Of a stretch of DNA of 54,542 bases, positions 10,186 through 19,497 are shown piece after piece (within the stretch, counting starts at the first letter, position 1; each line of letters starts with the position of its first letter). Source of the DNA: Cyanobacteria bacterium J06627_8 (GTDB lineage: Bacteria > Cyanobacteriota > Cyanobacteriia > CAKZMO01); contig JBCBLF010000005.1 of NCBI GenBank assembly GCA_038520475.1, positions 1 through 54,542 of the forward strand, written 5' to 3'. The translations under genes were made by a program, and so were the position numbers. The notes under the pieces were generated by a model. That model did not search any database. It saw only the letters and a list, made by a program, of their open reading frames with translations, and was not told the DNA's origin.

Positions 10186-10716
10186 ATGTTGAATCTACTG
10201 TTCTTTTGGTTTAGACGAAAGCACCCCAAGCGTTCTAGTCGTCACCAGCAATCGTTCCCAGTTCACTGGGTTATTCCATATCGACTTGCTGTTGGCCGAT
10301 TACCAAGAAAAGCAGATATGGATGAGCTCGCGCGCTCAAACATTCAGGCCGTATTAGCACTGTGCTCGGAATCAGAAGGGCAGTGGCCGATTAATCTTGA
10401 ACAACGGTTTCAATGTCACCGGATTGTAATTCCGGATAGTCACTACGCGACGCCACTCAAGCCTCACCAAATTGAAACAGCTGTTGATTACTTGCATGAA
10501 TGTATTCAGCGTCAATTGCCGGTATTTGTTCATTGTCTTGCCGGAATCGAGCGATCGCCTACGATTTGTATTGCGTATCTCTGTCGCTATCACAACTACA
10601 CGCTGTGGGAGTCTCTTGACTGGGTAAGGCGTGTGCACCCTGACAGCTTACCGACTGATCAACAGATCCAGAGCATTCGAGGTTATCTGACTAGTCGTGC
10701 TCATCGAATTGCCTAA
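10186..10716 (+). CDS. Dual-specificity / protein-tyrosine phosphatase
   Basis: CX5R motif VHCLAGIERS; upstream general-acid IPD. Confidence 0.9.
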   Translation: MLNLLFFWFRRKHPKRSSRHQQSFPVHWVIPYRLAVGRLPRKADMDELARSNIQAVLALCSESEGQWPINLEQRFQCHRIVIPDSHYATPLKPHQIETAVDYLHECIQRQLPVFVHCLAGIERSPTICIAYLCRYHNYTLWESLDWVRRVHPDSLPTDQQIQSIRGYLTSRAHRIA

Positions 10717-10755
10717 CAGTTGGGTGTGTGCTGATTCGTTGACCGCTGAAATTGT

Positions 10756-12000
10756 TTAGTCATACAGTGTGTCTAGCTGGATTAGCGTGTGCAGCAACAC
10801 ATTGGCACCTTGGGTGCATTGCTCAGGCGGCGTAAATTCATGTTCTGAATGACTCACCCCTCCACGACTGGGCACAAAAATCATCCCCATATCCGTCACT
10901 CGTCCAATTTCCTGGGCGTCGTGTCCTGCTCGGCTGGGTAGTGTTATGTGGCTAAATTCTTGCGCATTGCAGGATTGAGCAATGGCATCCATGATCTTAG
11001 AGGATGAAAGTGTTGGTTCAGCATTGAGCGTCTGCTCCAGCTCAATTTTTGTGCCGGTTTGTTGGGCGATCGCATCAATCTGTTCAACCAAGCGTTTGAC
11101 GAGCGCTTCGACGTTCTCTGCATAGAGATCACGAATATCGAGGCTCAAATCAACTCGACCTGGAACAATATTCGTTGCATTGGGCCATACGTTCATCATG
11201 CCAACAGTGGCTACTTGGTCTCCGGGAAGATAATTCGCCAGTTGATTGACCGTCAATACAATCTGAGAGGCAGCCACAAGCGCATCTTGCCGCATGTCCA
11301 TCGGAGTTGTCCCTGCATGGTTGGGGATGCCTGTCACTGATAGGGTATAGCGGTTCATGCTAACAACCCCTTCCACAACGCCAATTTCTGCCTGTTTAGA
11401 TTCCAGAACTCCTCCCTGTTCGACATGGAGTTCAACAAAGGCAGCCATATCGTCTCGATTGCGACGTGCAGTGGCGATCGCCTCCCAGTCACCTCCCACA
11501 CGCTTCAGCCTTTCTTGAATTGTCAGTCCATCTTTTTGTTGGTAATAGGCAGGATCAGAGTGATGGGTTCCTGCGATGGCCTTTCCTCCAATCATCGTAT
11601 TTTCCTCGTCGGTGAATACGATGACTTCAACGGGATGGTTGAGGGTGATGTGATTAAACTTCAGTGCACGAACGACTTCGATGCCTGCTAGAACTCCCAA
11701 TGTGCCGTCGTAGCGTCCGGCAGAGGGAACCGTGTCGATATGAGAACCCGTGGCTAGTGATGGCAGGTTTTGATGGCCTGGATATCGCCCAATTAAATTG
11801 CCGGCTGCATCAATACAGGTCGTCATTCCGGCTTCTTCCATCCAATTTTTAACGAGCTGTCGCGCAAGCTGGTCTTCTTGGCTGAATGAAATTCGGCGTA
11901 CCCCCCCTTGAGGAAGTTTGCCAATTTCGGCCAAGGTATCCAAATTGTGGTTCAGGCGATCGCCATGAATGAAGGGAATCGAAACAACAGACATTGGCAC
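10756..12000 (-). CDS. Zn-dependent M20 amidohydrolase (allantoate amidohydrolase / N-carbamoyl-L-amino-acid hydrolase family)
   Basis: GSHIDTVP, GRYDGTLGV, FTDEE, ELHVEQG, NHAGTTPM and SRAGHDAQ motifs. Confidence 0.93.
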   Translation of the reverse strand: MPMSVVSIPFIHGDRLNHNLDTLAEIGKLPQGGVRRISFSQEDQLARQLVKNWMEEAGMTTCIDAAGNLIGRYPGHQNLPSLATGSHIDTVPSAGRYDGTLGVLAGIEVVRALKFNHITLNHPVEVIVFTDEENTMIGGKAIAGTHHSDPAYYQQKDGLTIQERLKRVGGDWEAIATARRNRDDMAAFVELHVEQGGVLESKQAEIGVVEGVVSMNRYTLSVTGIPNHAGTTPMDMRQDALVAASQIVLTVNQLANYLPGDQVATVGMMNVWPNATNIVPGRVDLSLDIRDLYAENVEALVKRLVEQIDAIAQQTGTKIELEQTLNAEPTLSSSKIMDAIAQSCNAQEFSHITLPSRAGHDAQEIGRVTDMGMIFVPSRGGVSHSEHEFTPPEQCTQGANVLLHTLIQLDTLYD

Positions 12001-12300
12001 CTCCTGAATCGAAAAAGCTAATGATAAAAGCTGGTCACAGCTCCGTGCTGGTGAACGAGCGATGCGATCGTCAGCTTTAAGACTGTGACCTCGTTAAGAG
12101 TCTACAATCTCACAGCACAATTCCACTGATATCACCAGATGGTCAATTGTTCAGTAACAAGAATAGCGAGTGATGCTTAAGCCGTTTGAAACGAAAGGGA
12201 TGGAAGCCTTTAGAGACAGGGGATTTTGCTAGTTTGGATTTCAACGGCGATCGTCACTAGAGGGAACATAGAGTATGGTCCTCGCGTCTTTTTAGAAAAC

Positions 12301-12316
12301 TGTAGCTTATGAAACA
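12301..12316. promoter_or_regulatory. Possible NtcA-like site
   Basis: TGTAGCTTATGAAACA = GTA-N8-AAC, one mismatch to GTA-N8-TAC, in a divergent intergenic region. Confidence 0.25.
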
Positions 12317-12620
12317 AAACCCATTGCGGTGCTACAGAATTGCATGACTGGCAACACTCTCGTTTCACTGGCCCTTCCAAGATGCTGAAATCAATTCCAC
12401 ATTCAAAACACCTTGCTTAGCTCAACTTAATAGAGCGTTTTGAATTGTGAGAATTACTAGGGTCTACCACTCCTTACGCAACTCAACAACTTTTTTAGAA
12501 TTGATGAATTTAACACGAGCGTTATGAGTCTCAGCACTCATTCCGCTCCAATTCAATGTGCCAATGCGTAGGGTTTATCCGCTCATAAATTCGCTCATTG
12601 ATGAAAAACAGGAAGAAGTT

Positions 12621-14165
12621 ATGCAAAATAATGCATTTGAACAAGAAGTTCTCAAGCTGACGAATGAGTTTCGACAGAAAAATGGATTAAAGCCTCTTGT
12701 TATCGACCAAGACCTGGATGAAGCCGCTGATATTCACAGCAAAAATATGGCCGATCAGGACTTTTTTAGTCATACCGGCAAAGACGGATCTCGTCCGTGG
12801 GATCGTGCAGAGCGAGCGGGATATGAGTCTAGAACTGTTGGAGAAAACATTGCTGCAGGTTATCGCACGCCTGAAGCCGTTGTACAAGGATGGATTGACA
12901 GTCCTGGCCACCGAGCTAATATGCTGAATCCGAACTACAACGAGATTGGCTTGGGATATTACTATTTGCAAGATGATAGAGGGAGCGTCAATTACAACAG
13001 CTATTGGACACAGTTGTTTGGTAGAGGAACGATTGAATCTCCGGCTCCTGACCCATCTCCAGCTCCCAATCCTCAGCCTGCCCCAACACCCGCGCCTGCC
13101 CCAACACCGACGCCCGCTCCAACACCGGCACCAACACCTGGTAACAACGGTTCCTTCCGATATGAAGCTGAAGCACTGAACTTAAATGGATATCAGGTCG
13201 AGACCGTGAGAGGCTCAGGTGCTTCAGGTGGGAAGCACATCAAGGGAAGCCGAACTCGCACGGGTACTGCTTCAGGTGTGTTTGATGGCAAAGCTGGAAC
13301 CTATCAAGTGAAGGTTGGCTATTTTGATGAAAGTGATGGACGATCCGCTGTAGCGGTTACGGTCAATGGCGATCGCCAAAGTTTCGTGTTTGATAAGCGC
13401 TCATCCAGTAATGCAGCAACACAGAAATCGTTGACGACGACGATCACCCATGACGCCATTCGTCTCGAACCAGGCGATCGCTTTGAATTGTCAGGAAAGG
13501 GCGATCGCGGTGAATTTGCTCGATTTGACTACATTGAGTTCATTCCCACGAATGGAGGTGGACAACCCGCACCAGCGCCTGCCCCCTCAGGTAATCGAAA
13601 GGCTCTTAATTTAGGGAACCTGGAGTCCTACGGCGGAAGTCAAGACAAAGCGAATGCCACGCTGAGTGGTAACCAGCAGCGCGTCAAGATGACCGGCAAT
13701 GGCTGGAAGAGGATCGCGATTGACTACAACATTACGCCCGAGACGATGCTGGAAGTACGATTTCGCAGCAATAAAGAGGGCGAGATTCAAGGCATTGGCT
13801 TTGACAACAACAACAACGTTGGTGGCGCCGATAAGTCTCGCCTGTTCCAATTTTCAGGAACTCAGAAATTTGGCCGAAATGCTTTCAATGATTACGTTAC
13901 CGGGTCTGGTTGGAAAACTTATCAAATTCCTGTGGGCGAATATTTCACCGGCAATATGAAATATCTCACCCTGGCTAACGACCATGACGTCAAGAATCCG
14001 ACGGCTGTCAGTGAATTTCAGTCCATCAAACTGTATGAATTGGGCATGAAATCGGCTGGTCCGTCTACGGAGATGCCATTTGATCAAGCCGATCTAATGG
14101 GTGCAGGAGTGCCGCAATCCCCGACGTTTGACATGGAGCGAACCCAATCGTCTCCGTTGGGTTAA
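12621..14165 (+). CDS. CAP/SCP domain protein with Pro/Thr linker and two putative carbohydrate-binding-like beta domains (ORF track start 12558; ATG at 12621 more likely)
   Basis: LTNEFRQKNGL...FFSHTG...GENIAAG...WIDSPGHRANMLN...YWTQLFG; YEAE...FDYIEF CBM6/35-like module. Confidence 0.85.
   Translation: MQNNAFEQEVLKLTNEFRQKNGLKPLVIDQDLDEAADIHSKNMADQDFFSHTGKDGSRPWDRAERAGYESRTVGENIAAGYRTPEAVVQGWIDSPGHRANMLNPNYNEIGLGYYYLQDDRGSVNYNSYWTQLFGRGTIESPAPDPSPAPNPQPAPTPAPAPTPTPAPTPAPTPGNNGSFRYEAEALNLNGYQVETVRGSGASGGKHIKGSRTRTGTASGVFDGKAGTYQVKVGYFDESDGRSAVAVTVNGDRQSFVFDKRSSSNAATQKSLTTTITHDAIRLEPGDRFELSGKGDRGEFARFDYIEFIPTNGGGQPAPAPAPSGNRKALNLGNLESYGGSQDKANATLSGNQQRVKMTGNGWKRIAIDYNITPETMLEVRFRSNKEGEIQGIGFDNNNNVGGADKSRLFQFSGTQKFGRNAFNDYVTGSGWKTYQIPVGEYFTGNMKYLTLANDHDVKNPTAVSEFQSIKLYELGMKSAGPSTEMPFDQADLMGAGVPQSPTFDMERTQSSPLG
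13041..13139 (+). repeat. Pro/Ala/Thr coding linker repeat
   Basis: PAPDPSPAPNPQPAPTPAPAPTPTPAPTPAPTP. Confidence 0.85.
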
Positions 14166-14374
14166 CGCTAGATGTCGTTCTATTAGGTTTCTAGACTTCA
14201 CAGCAAGTGAGGCGCAGTTACGCTGGCACGACTGCGCTTCACTTGCTGTGGGGTCGTGACACGCCTTGGCAAACGTTTCAAAGCCTGACAAGGTTTAGGA
14301 AGAAGTCAGGCTTTGCTTTGAACGTCAGAACCGCAATTAAACGGATTAACACTCTTACTAAGGTATTAATTCCG

Positions 14375-14788
14375 TTAGAAATATTTTTCGCATGACTCGT
14401 CTTGACACACAGGAAAGTCAGACGTGTAGATGTCTGAGCGCTTCCCAAACCAACTGTAGCGATTATCGCGAATGCTCTCGTAGGCGCGATCGCCCAACCC
14501 CTTCAATCCTGGAAGGGCGCGATACAAGTCAACGAAGGCACGCCCAAAGGGAATCTGTCGACCAATTTCTTCTGCGGCATCGCTACCCTGCCAGCGCTCG
14601 TCAGGAGCATCTCCATTGATGACAATCATCCCCTGCTCACAATCTTGTGCAGTGACGCCAAATGTATCCAATGTCTCTTCATCCTGCATGGGCACATATT
14701 TGAAGCGATCGCCTCGATCAACAGCTTCGAGCGATCGGACTAAATTGACGCATAGATTACAGTTTCCGTCGTAGATTACGTAATACAT
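14375..14788 (-). CDS. DCC family thiol-disulfide oxidoreductase (DUF393)
   Basis: N-terminal YDGNCNLC (DxxCxxC); C-terminal NRYSWFG. Confidence 0.9.
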   Translation of the reverse strand: MYYVIYDGNCNLCVNLVRSLEAVDRGDRFKYVPMQDEETLDTFGVTAQDCEQGMIVINGDAPDERWQGSDAAEEIGRQIPFGRAFVDLYRALPGLKGLGDRAYESIRDNRYSWFGKRSDIYTSDFPVCQDESCEKYF

Positions 14789-15003
14789 TGCTAGATACTT
14801 GTAGTTTTCTCTCTAAAAAACTTTTTATCTTCACCCTATTCCCCAGCCTAACGCTTCGTTGAATGATGTGCATTTTCAGTGAAGTCGATTGTGAATTTGC
14901 CTACTAAGGTTATTTATCGTTGCTATTACGCATCAAGTATTTTTGATGGGTGTATCGTTTGGGTCATTTCAATAGGTAGATACTCTCAATATATGTGTAT
15001 TTT

Positions 15004-15022
15004 CTTAACCTCGTCTTTACCT
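15004..15022 (+). promoter_or_regulatory. Pho box (SphR/PhoB site) upstream of pstS
   Basis: CTTAACCT-cgt-CTTTACCT, 11-bp periodic direct repeats matching the cyanobacterial PyTTAAPyPy(T/A) consensus; TATCTT -10-like element at 15031. Confidence 0.75.
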
Positions 15023-15083
15023 TAAGGTAGTATCTTGCGACAGGAATAGCCGAAAATACTATCTTTTTAGGTGAGAAGGAACT

Positions 15084-16100
15084 ATGACTTTTAACAAGCG
15101 TATTGCACGCCTGGCAACGACATTGTCATTGGCTGCTGTTGTTGGTGGTCTTGCGGCATGTGCGGGTACTGAAACGGCGACTGAGACAACTGAGCCTGCT
15201 GCAACAGAAGAGGCTTCTGCTGAAGGATCTGATCTTGAAGGTGCGATTGCGATCGATGGTTCCAGTACAGTCTTTCCTATCTCTGAGGCAATGGCTGAGG
15301 AGTTTCAGATTGCGAACCCTGGCGTTCGCGTGACTGTGGGTGCATCTGGAACTGGTGGTGGTTTCCAGAAGTTCTGTGCAGGTGAGACTCAGATCTCTAA
15401 TGCATCTCGTGAAGTCAAGCCTGAAGAGGTTGAGGCTTGTGCAGAAGCTGGAATCGAGATGATTGAAGTTCCAGTTGCGACCGATGCGTTGACGGTTGTT
15501 GTTAACAACGAAAACGACTGGGCTGCATGTATGACGATTGACCAGCTCTCTGCTGCATGGTCTCCTGAAGCTCAGGGAACTGTTAGTAACTGGAATCAGG
15601 TTGACCCGAGCTTCCCTGATACAGATTTGGTTCTCTATGGTCCTGGAACTGACTCCGGAACCTTTGACTACTTCACTGACGTTGTGAACGGTGAAGAGGG
15701 TGCAAGTCGCGGAGACTACACTGCAAGTGAGGACGACAACGTTCTTGTACAGGGTGTTGAAGGTGACGTTAATGCAATGGGTTACTTTGGCTACGCATAC
15801 TACTTCGAGAACCAAGATCGTATGCAATCTGTTGCGATTGATGGTGGTGAGGGTTGCGTTGAGCCGACTCAAGAAGCAGTTCTTGCAGGTGAGTACACTC
15901 CTTTCTCCCGCCCACTTTTCATCTATGTGAAGAGCAGTGCATATGAGGAAGATGCAGCTGTGAAGGCATTCGTTGACTTCTATCTCAACCCAGATAACCA
16001 AGAGTTTGTTGCAGACACAGGCTACGTTGTTCTCAACGACGAGCAGTATGCAGATTCTCAAGCAAAGGTTGCTTCTGCTGAAGTGAAGACTGTTGAATAA
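15084..16100 (+). CDS. pstS: Phosphate ABC transporter substrate-binding lipoprotein
   Basis: Lipobox LAAC; IDGSSTVFP, GTGGGF and SGTFDYF motifs. Confidence 0.95.
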   Translation: MTFNKRIARLATTLSLAAVVGGLAACAGTETATETTEPAATEEASAEGSDLEGAIAIDGSSTVFPISEAMAEEFQIANPGVRVTVGASGTGGGFQKFCAGETQISNASREVKPEEVEACAEAGIEMIEVPVATDALTVVVNNENDWAACMTIDQLSAAWSPEAQGTVSNWNQVDPSFPDTDLVLYGPGTDSGTFDYFTDVVNGEEGASRGDYTASEDDNVLVQGVEGDVNAMGYFGYAYYFENQDRMQSVAIDGGEGCVEPTQEAVLAGEYTPFSRPLFIYVKSSAYEEDAAVKAFVDFYLNPDNQEFVADTGYVVLNDEQYADSQAKVASAEVKTVE

Positions 16101-16115
16101 TCGATTGAAATGATG

Positions 16116-16163
16116 ATCTTGGGAGGCGCATGGATTGACACCTTGTTGCCTCCCAAGATTTTT
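16116..16163 (+). terminator. Intra-operon hairpin/terminator after pstS
   Basis: ATCTTGGGAGGC / GCCTCCCAAGAT followed by a T-rich tract. Confidence 0.6.
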
Positions 16164-16337
16164 GTTTTATTGATGCCTTTGTGTGAGGTTCCTATCGTAA
16201 GGCTGGCAATATGCTCCCTAGCAGTTTTGTAGGAAACTTGATTCGAGCATAGTGTCAGCGACATCAGCGCTTGTACTCATCCCATCGCCTAGCCGCTCAT
16301 CAGAGTTAAGATTCTTTGTTTACTGATTGAGAGTACT

Positions 16338-17291
16338 ATGACAGATAGTGTTTTCCCGGGTCCTTCAGCTAGTGACGACAGTCGCGAAAATCTTTGGCAA
16401 CCCAATCGTGCTGCCAGTAAGCGTTCTGAATTGATCGTTACATTTATCACTGGTGCGTTCGCCATGTTGTCTGTCGCGACAACATTTGGAATCGTCGCGA
16501 CACTTATTTTTGAAACTATTGAGTTCTTCAAGGTCGTCCCAATATGGCGCTTTTTGACGGATACTCAATGGACGCCGTTATTTGTAAATCCTCAGTACGG
16601 CATTATTGTTTTGCTGTGCGGAACGTTTCTTACATCCGTCATTGGCTTACTTGTTGCAATTCCACTGGGACTGCTTGCAGCTGTTTGCCTAAGTGAATAC
16701 GCCCCTCGGGGTCTTAGAGCATGGCTTAAGCCTACCTTAGAAATTCTTGCCGGAGTTCCAACTGTTGTTTTTGGCTATTTTGCTCTCCTATTCTTGACTC
16801 CGATTCTGAAGACATTTATTCCTGATCTTGGAACCTTCAACGGGCTGAGTGCAGGCATTATTTTAGGATTTGCAATTTTCCCAACAATTGCCTCATTGAG
16901 TGAGGACGCGATCTTTGCTGTCCCCAACAGCCTACGCCAGGGCTCCTATGCATTAGGGGCAACAAAGCGTGAAACGATTGTTAGTGTTGTGTTACCAGCA
17001 GCATTGTCTGGTATTGTCGCTTCCATTGTCCTTGGCGTTGCTCGTGCCGTTGGTGAGACGATGATTGTGACGTTGGCTGCAGGCCAGAGCCCGACCCTGA
17101 CGCTTGATCCTCGTGTTGCGGTTCAGACGATGACGTCGTTTATTGTGCAGATTACGAAGGGTGATGCGCCATATGGGTCAATTGCGTTCTTAACTCTTTT
17201 TGCAGTGGGGATGACATTGTTTATCATCACGCTGCTGTTAAATATTTTCAGTAATTGGTTTGTCCGTAAGTATCAGGAGAAGTACGAATGA
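16338..17291 (+). CDS. pstC: Phosphate ABC transporter permease PstC
   Basis: EILAGVPTVVFG; ARAVGETM; multi-TM. Confidence 0.95.
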   Translation: MTDSVFPGPSASDDSRENLWQPNRAASKRSELIVTFITGAFAMLSVATTFGIVATLIFETIEFFKVVPIWRFLTDTQWTPLFVNPQYGIIVLLCGTFLTSVIGLLVAIPLGLLAAVCLSEYAPRGLRAWLKPTLEILAGVPTVVFGYFALLFLTPILKTFIPDLGTFNGLSAGIILGFAIFPTIASLSEDAIFAVPNSLRQGSYALGATKRETIVSVVLPAALSGIVASIVLGVARAVGETMIVTLAAGQSPTLTLDPRVAVQTMTSFIVQITKGDAPYGSIAFLTLFAVGMTLFIITLLLNIFSNWFVRKYQEKYE

Positions 17292-18223
17292 CGACAACTG
17301 ATCCAGCTCAAGTTAGCTCTGCAGTGCAGGGGTTGTCTAGTCCAAACTTTGAGCCGAACTTAGAGAAGCGCTATCGCTTTGACCAAATCTTTAAAGTGCT
17401 CTGCTGGGTAGCAACTTTTTCGGCCATCTTTGTTTTGGCTTTCTTGATTGCTGACTTCCTGTCCGATGGACTGCCAACGCTCAATTGGAATTTTATTCAA
17501 AGTGGCCCTTCAAGAAGACCTGAGCGAGCGGGTATTTGGCCGCCGCTTGTCGGAACCATCTATCTTTTGATTATTACAGCGGCTGTCGCCTTCCCAATTG
17601 GCGTTGGCTCTGGAATTTATCTTCAGGAATTTTCAAAAGATAATTGGTTTACTCGTTTTATTGAGATCAATATCAGTAATCTGGCAGCTGTTCCATCAAT
17701 TATTTACGGTTTGTTAGGTCTGTTTGTATTTGCGCGAGTTCTTTCATTTATCACAGGTGGTCGTAGCATTATTGCAGGTGGGTTGACGTTAGCGTTGTTG
17801 ATCTTACCTGTGATTATTGTGGCAACTCGGGAAGCTCTGAAAGCGATTCCAGATAGCATTCGCATGGGTGGAATGGCCCTAGGTGCAACGAGATGGCAGA
17901 CGGTTCGCGCTCATGTCCTTCCGCCTGCGATTCCCGGAATCATGACGGGTACAATTCTGGCGTTGTCCCGAGCCATTGGTGAAACAGCTCCATTGATTGC
18001 GGTTGGTGCAGTTGCATTTGTACCGTTTGCGCCGTCCTTTTCGATTGAAGGACTTCAATCTCAGTTTTCAGCACTGCCGATTCAAATCTTCAACTGGGTT
18101 TCACGGCCTCAGGAAGAGTTTCACTCGATTGCTGCATCTGCAATTATTGTGCTGATGCTCGTTTTGCTCACGATGAATGCGACTGCGATCTTCATTCGTA
18201 ATAAGTTTCAGCGCTCCTTGTAG
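17288..18223 (+). CDS. pstA: Phosphate ABC transporter permease PstA
   Basis: NLAAVPSIIYGLLG; SRAIGETAPL; ATGA overlap with pstC. Confidence 0.95.
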   Translation: MTTTDPAQVSSAVQGLSSPNFEPNLEKRYRFDQIFKVLCWVATFSAIFVLAFLIADFLSDGLPTLNWNFIQSGPSRRPERAGIWPPLVGTIYLLIITAAVAFPIGVGSGIYLQEFSKDNWFTRFIEINISNLAAVPSIIYGLLGLFVFARVLSFITGGRSIIAGGLTLALLILPVIIVATREALKAIPDSIRMGGMALGATRWQTVRAHVLPPAIPGIMTGTILALSRAIGETAPLIAVGAVAFVPFAPSFSIEGLQSQFSALPIQIFNWVSRPQEEFHSIAASAIIVLMLVLLTMNATAIFIRNKFQRSL

Positions 18224-18411
18224 TTTATTGGCTTGGTGGATCTTCGGCTGCTTCGATTTTTTGGGGTTAGGGTCTTCGGTGCTGTAGAGCCTATGGTACG
18301 GAGAGAGCAGTTCGGAGGAGGATGCTTTTTGATTCATAGCCACTTCTCACACAAAAAATCGCGGTTACGGAACCCCTAAACTCGTCAATTCTTATCTATA
18401 GGCTGTCTCTT

Positions 18412-19221
18412 ATGCAATCTCAAACATCTCCAACCGCTGTTGGAACTGACAATGTCTTTCAAGTTGAAAATACTGGATACTACTACGGCAGCAATTTAGC
18501 TGTTCGGAATGTTGAATTGGGCATTCCGGGCAATAAAATTACTGCTTTCATTGGTCCCTCTGGTTGCGGTAAAAGTACGGTACTCCGCTGCTTTAATCGT
18601 CTAAATGATTTGATTCCTAGTGCTCACATCAAGGGCCGTATCACTTATCACGGTGTTGATATTTACTCAAAGGGAGTGGATCCAACTGAGCTACGCCGCA
18701 GAATTGGAATGGTGTTTCAAAAGCCAAACCCATTTCCAAAATCAATCTATGAAAATATTGCATTTGGTGCTCGGATTAACGGGTACAAAGGCGATCTTGA
18801 TGAATTGGTTGAGCGATCGCTCCGTGGTGCTGCTCTATGGGATGAAGTCAAGGATAAGTTGAAGGAAAGCGGTTTGTCTCTCTCTGGTGGTCAGCAGCAG
18901 CGTCTCTGCATTGCACGGGCGATCGCCATTGAGCCTGAGGTCATTCTGATGGATGAACCGTGTTCTGCACTTGACCCTATTTCAACCCTTCGCATTGAAG
19001 AGCTGATGCAAGAACTGAAAGAGAAGTACACTATCATCATTGTGACGCACAATATGCAGCAGGCATCTCGTGTGTCTGACATGACTGCGTTTTACAATGC
19101 AGAAGCGACTGATGCGGGTGGAAAAGTAGGATACTTAGTCGAGTATGACGAAACGCCCAGCATTTTCCAGAATCCTAAGCAAGAAGCAACTCAAGAGTAC
19201 GTTACCGGACGATTCGGTTAA
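18412..19221 (+). CDS. pstB: Phosphate ABC transporter ATP-binding protein
   Basis: [48 protein letters not shown]. Confidence 0.97.
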   Translation: MQSQTSPTAVGTDNVFQVENTGYYYGSNLAVRNVELGIPGNKITAFIGPSGCGKSTVLRCFNRLNDLIPSAHIKGRITYHGVDIYSKGVDPTELRRRIGMVFQKPNPFPKSIYENIAFGARINGYKGDLDELVERSLRGAALWDEVKDKLKESGLSLSGGQQQRLCIARAIAIEPEVILMDEPCSALDPISTLRIEELMQELKEKYTIIIVTHNMQQASRVSDMTAFYNAEATDAGGKVGYLVEYDETPSIFQNPKQEATQEYVTGRFG

Positions 19222-19258
19222 TGCTCTAGATCTGCTTTAATTTATGCATCTATCCGAG

Positions 19259-19293
19259 AGCACCGTTCAGCTAGCTGAACGGTGCTTTTGTTT
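19259..19293 (+). terminator. Intrinsic terminator of the pst operon
   Basis: Perfect 28-bp palindrome AGCACCGTTCAGCTAGCTGAACGGTGCT followed by TTTGTTT. Confidence 0.75.
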
Positions 19294-19300
19294 GAATCGG

Positions 19301-19405
19301 TATACTACTGGGCAATCTTCTCAAATCCACAACGAAGAACTAAGGGGATGAGCGCGCAATGCGCGCTCACCCCCTTAGCTTTTTGTGAATGTTGCCAAGT
19401 CGAAT
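19301..19405 (+). repeat. Dispersed repeat family B, copy 2
   Basis: ACTGGGCAATCTTCTCAAAT...TTGCCAAGT; internal stem CTAAGGGGATGAGCGCGC-AAT-GCGCGCTCACCCCCTTAG. Confidence 0.75.
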
Positions 19406-19411
19406 CGGTGA

Positions 19412-19497
19412 TTGAGCGCTACGCGCTTAATCCAAACCTGTATTGTTGAGGAAAGCTGCGCGGCGCGCAGCTTTCCTCAACAATACATGCTCAGACT
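19412..19497 (-). repeat. Dispersed repeat family A, truncated copy (inverted relative to 26383-26486)
   Basis: Reverse complement is near-identical to 26400-26486; perfect 24-bp arms 19439-19462 / 19464-19487. Confidence 0.8.

Noticed and set aside
12025-12095. GGTCACAG / CTGTGACC pairing upstream of the amidohydrolase as a riboswitch (e.g. guanidine or purine class)
   Set aside because: I could not find the conserved motifs of those classes; an 8-bp stem alone is insufficient.
15126-16061. 311-aa antisense ORF over pstS
   Set aside because: Mirror frame of a strongly codon-biased gene; no recognisable motifs.
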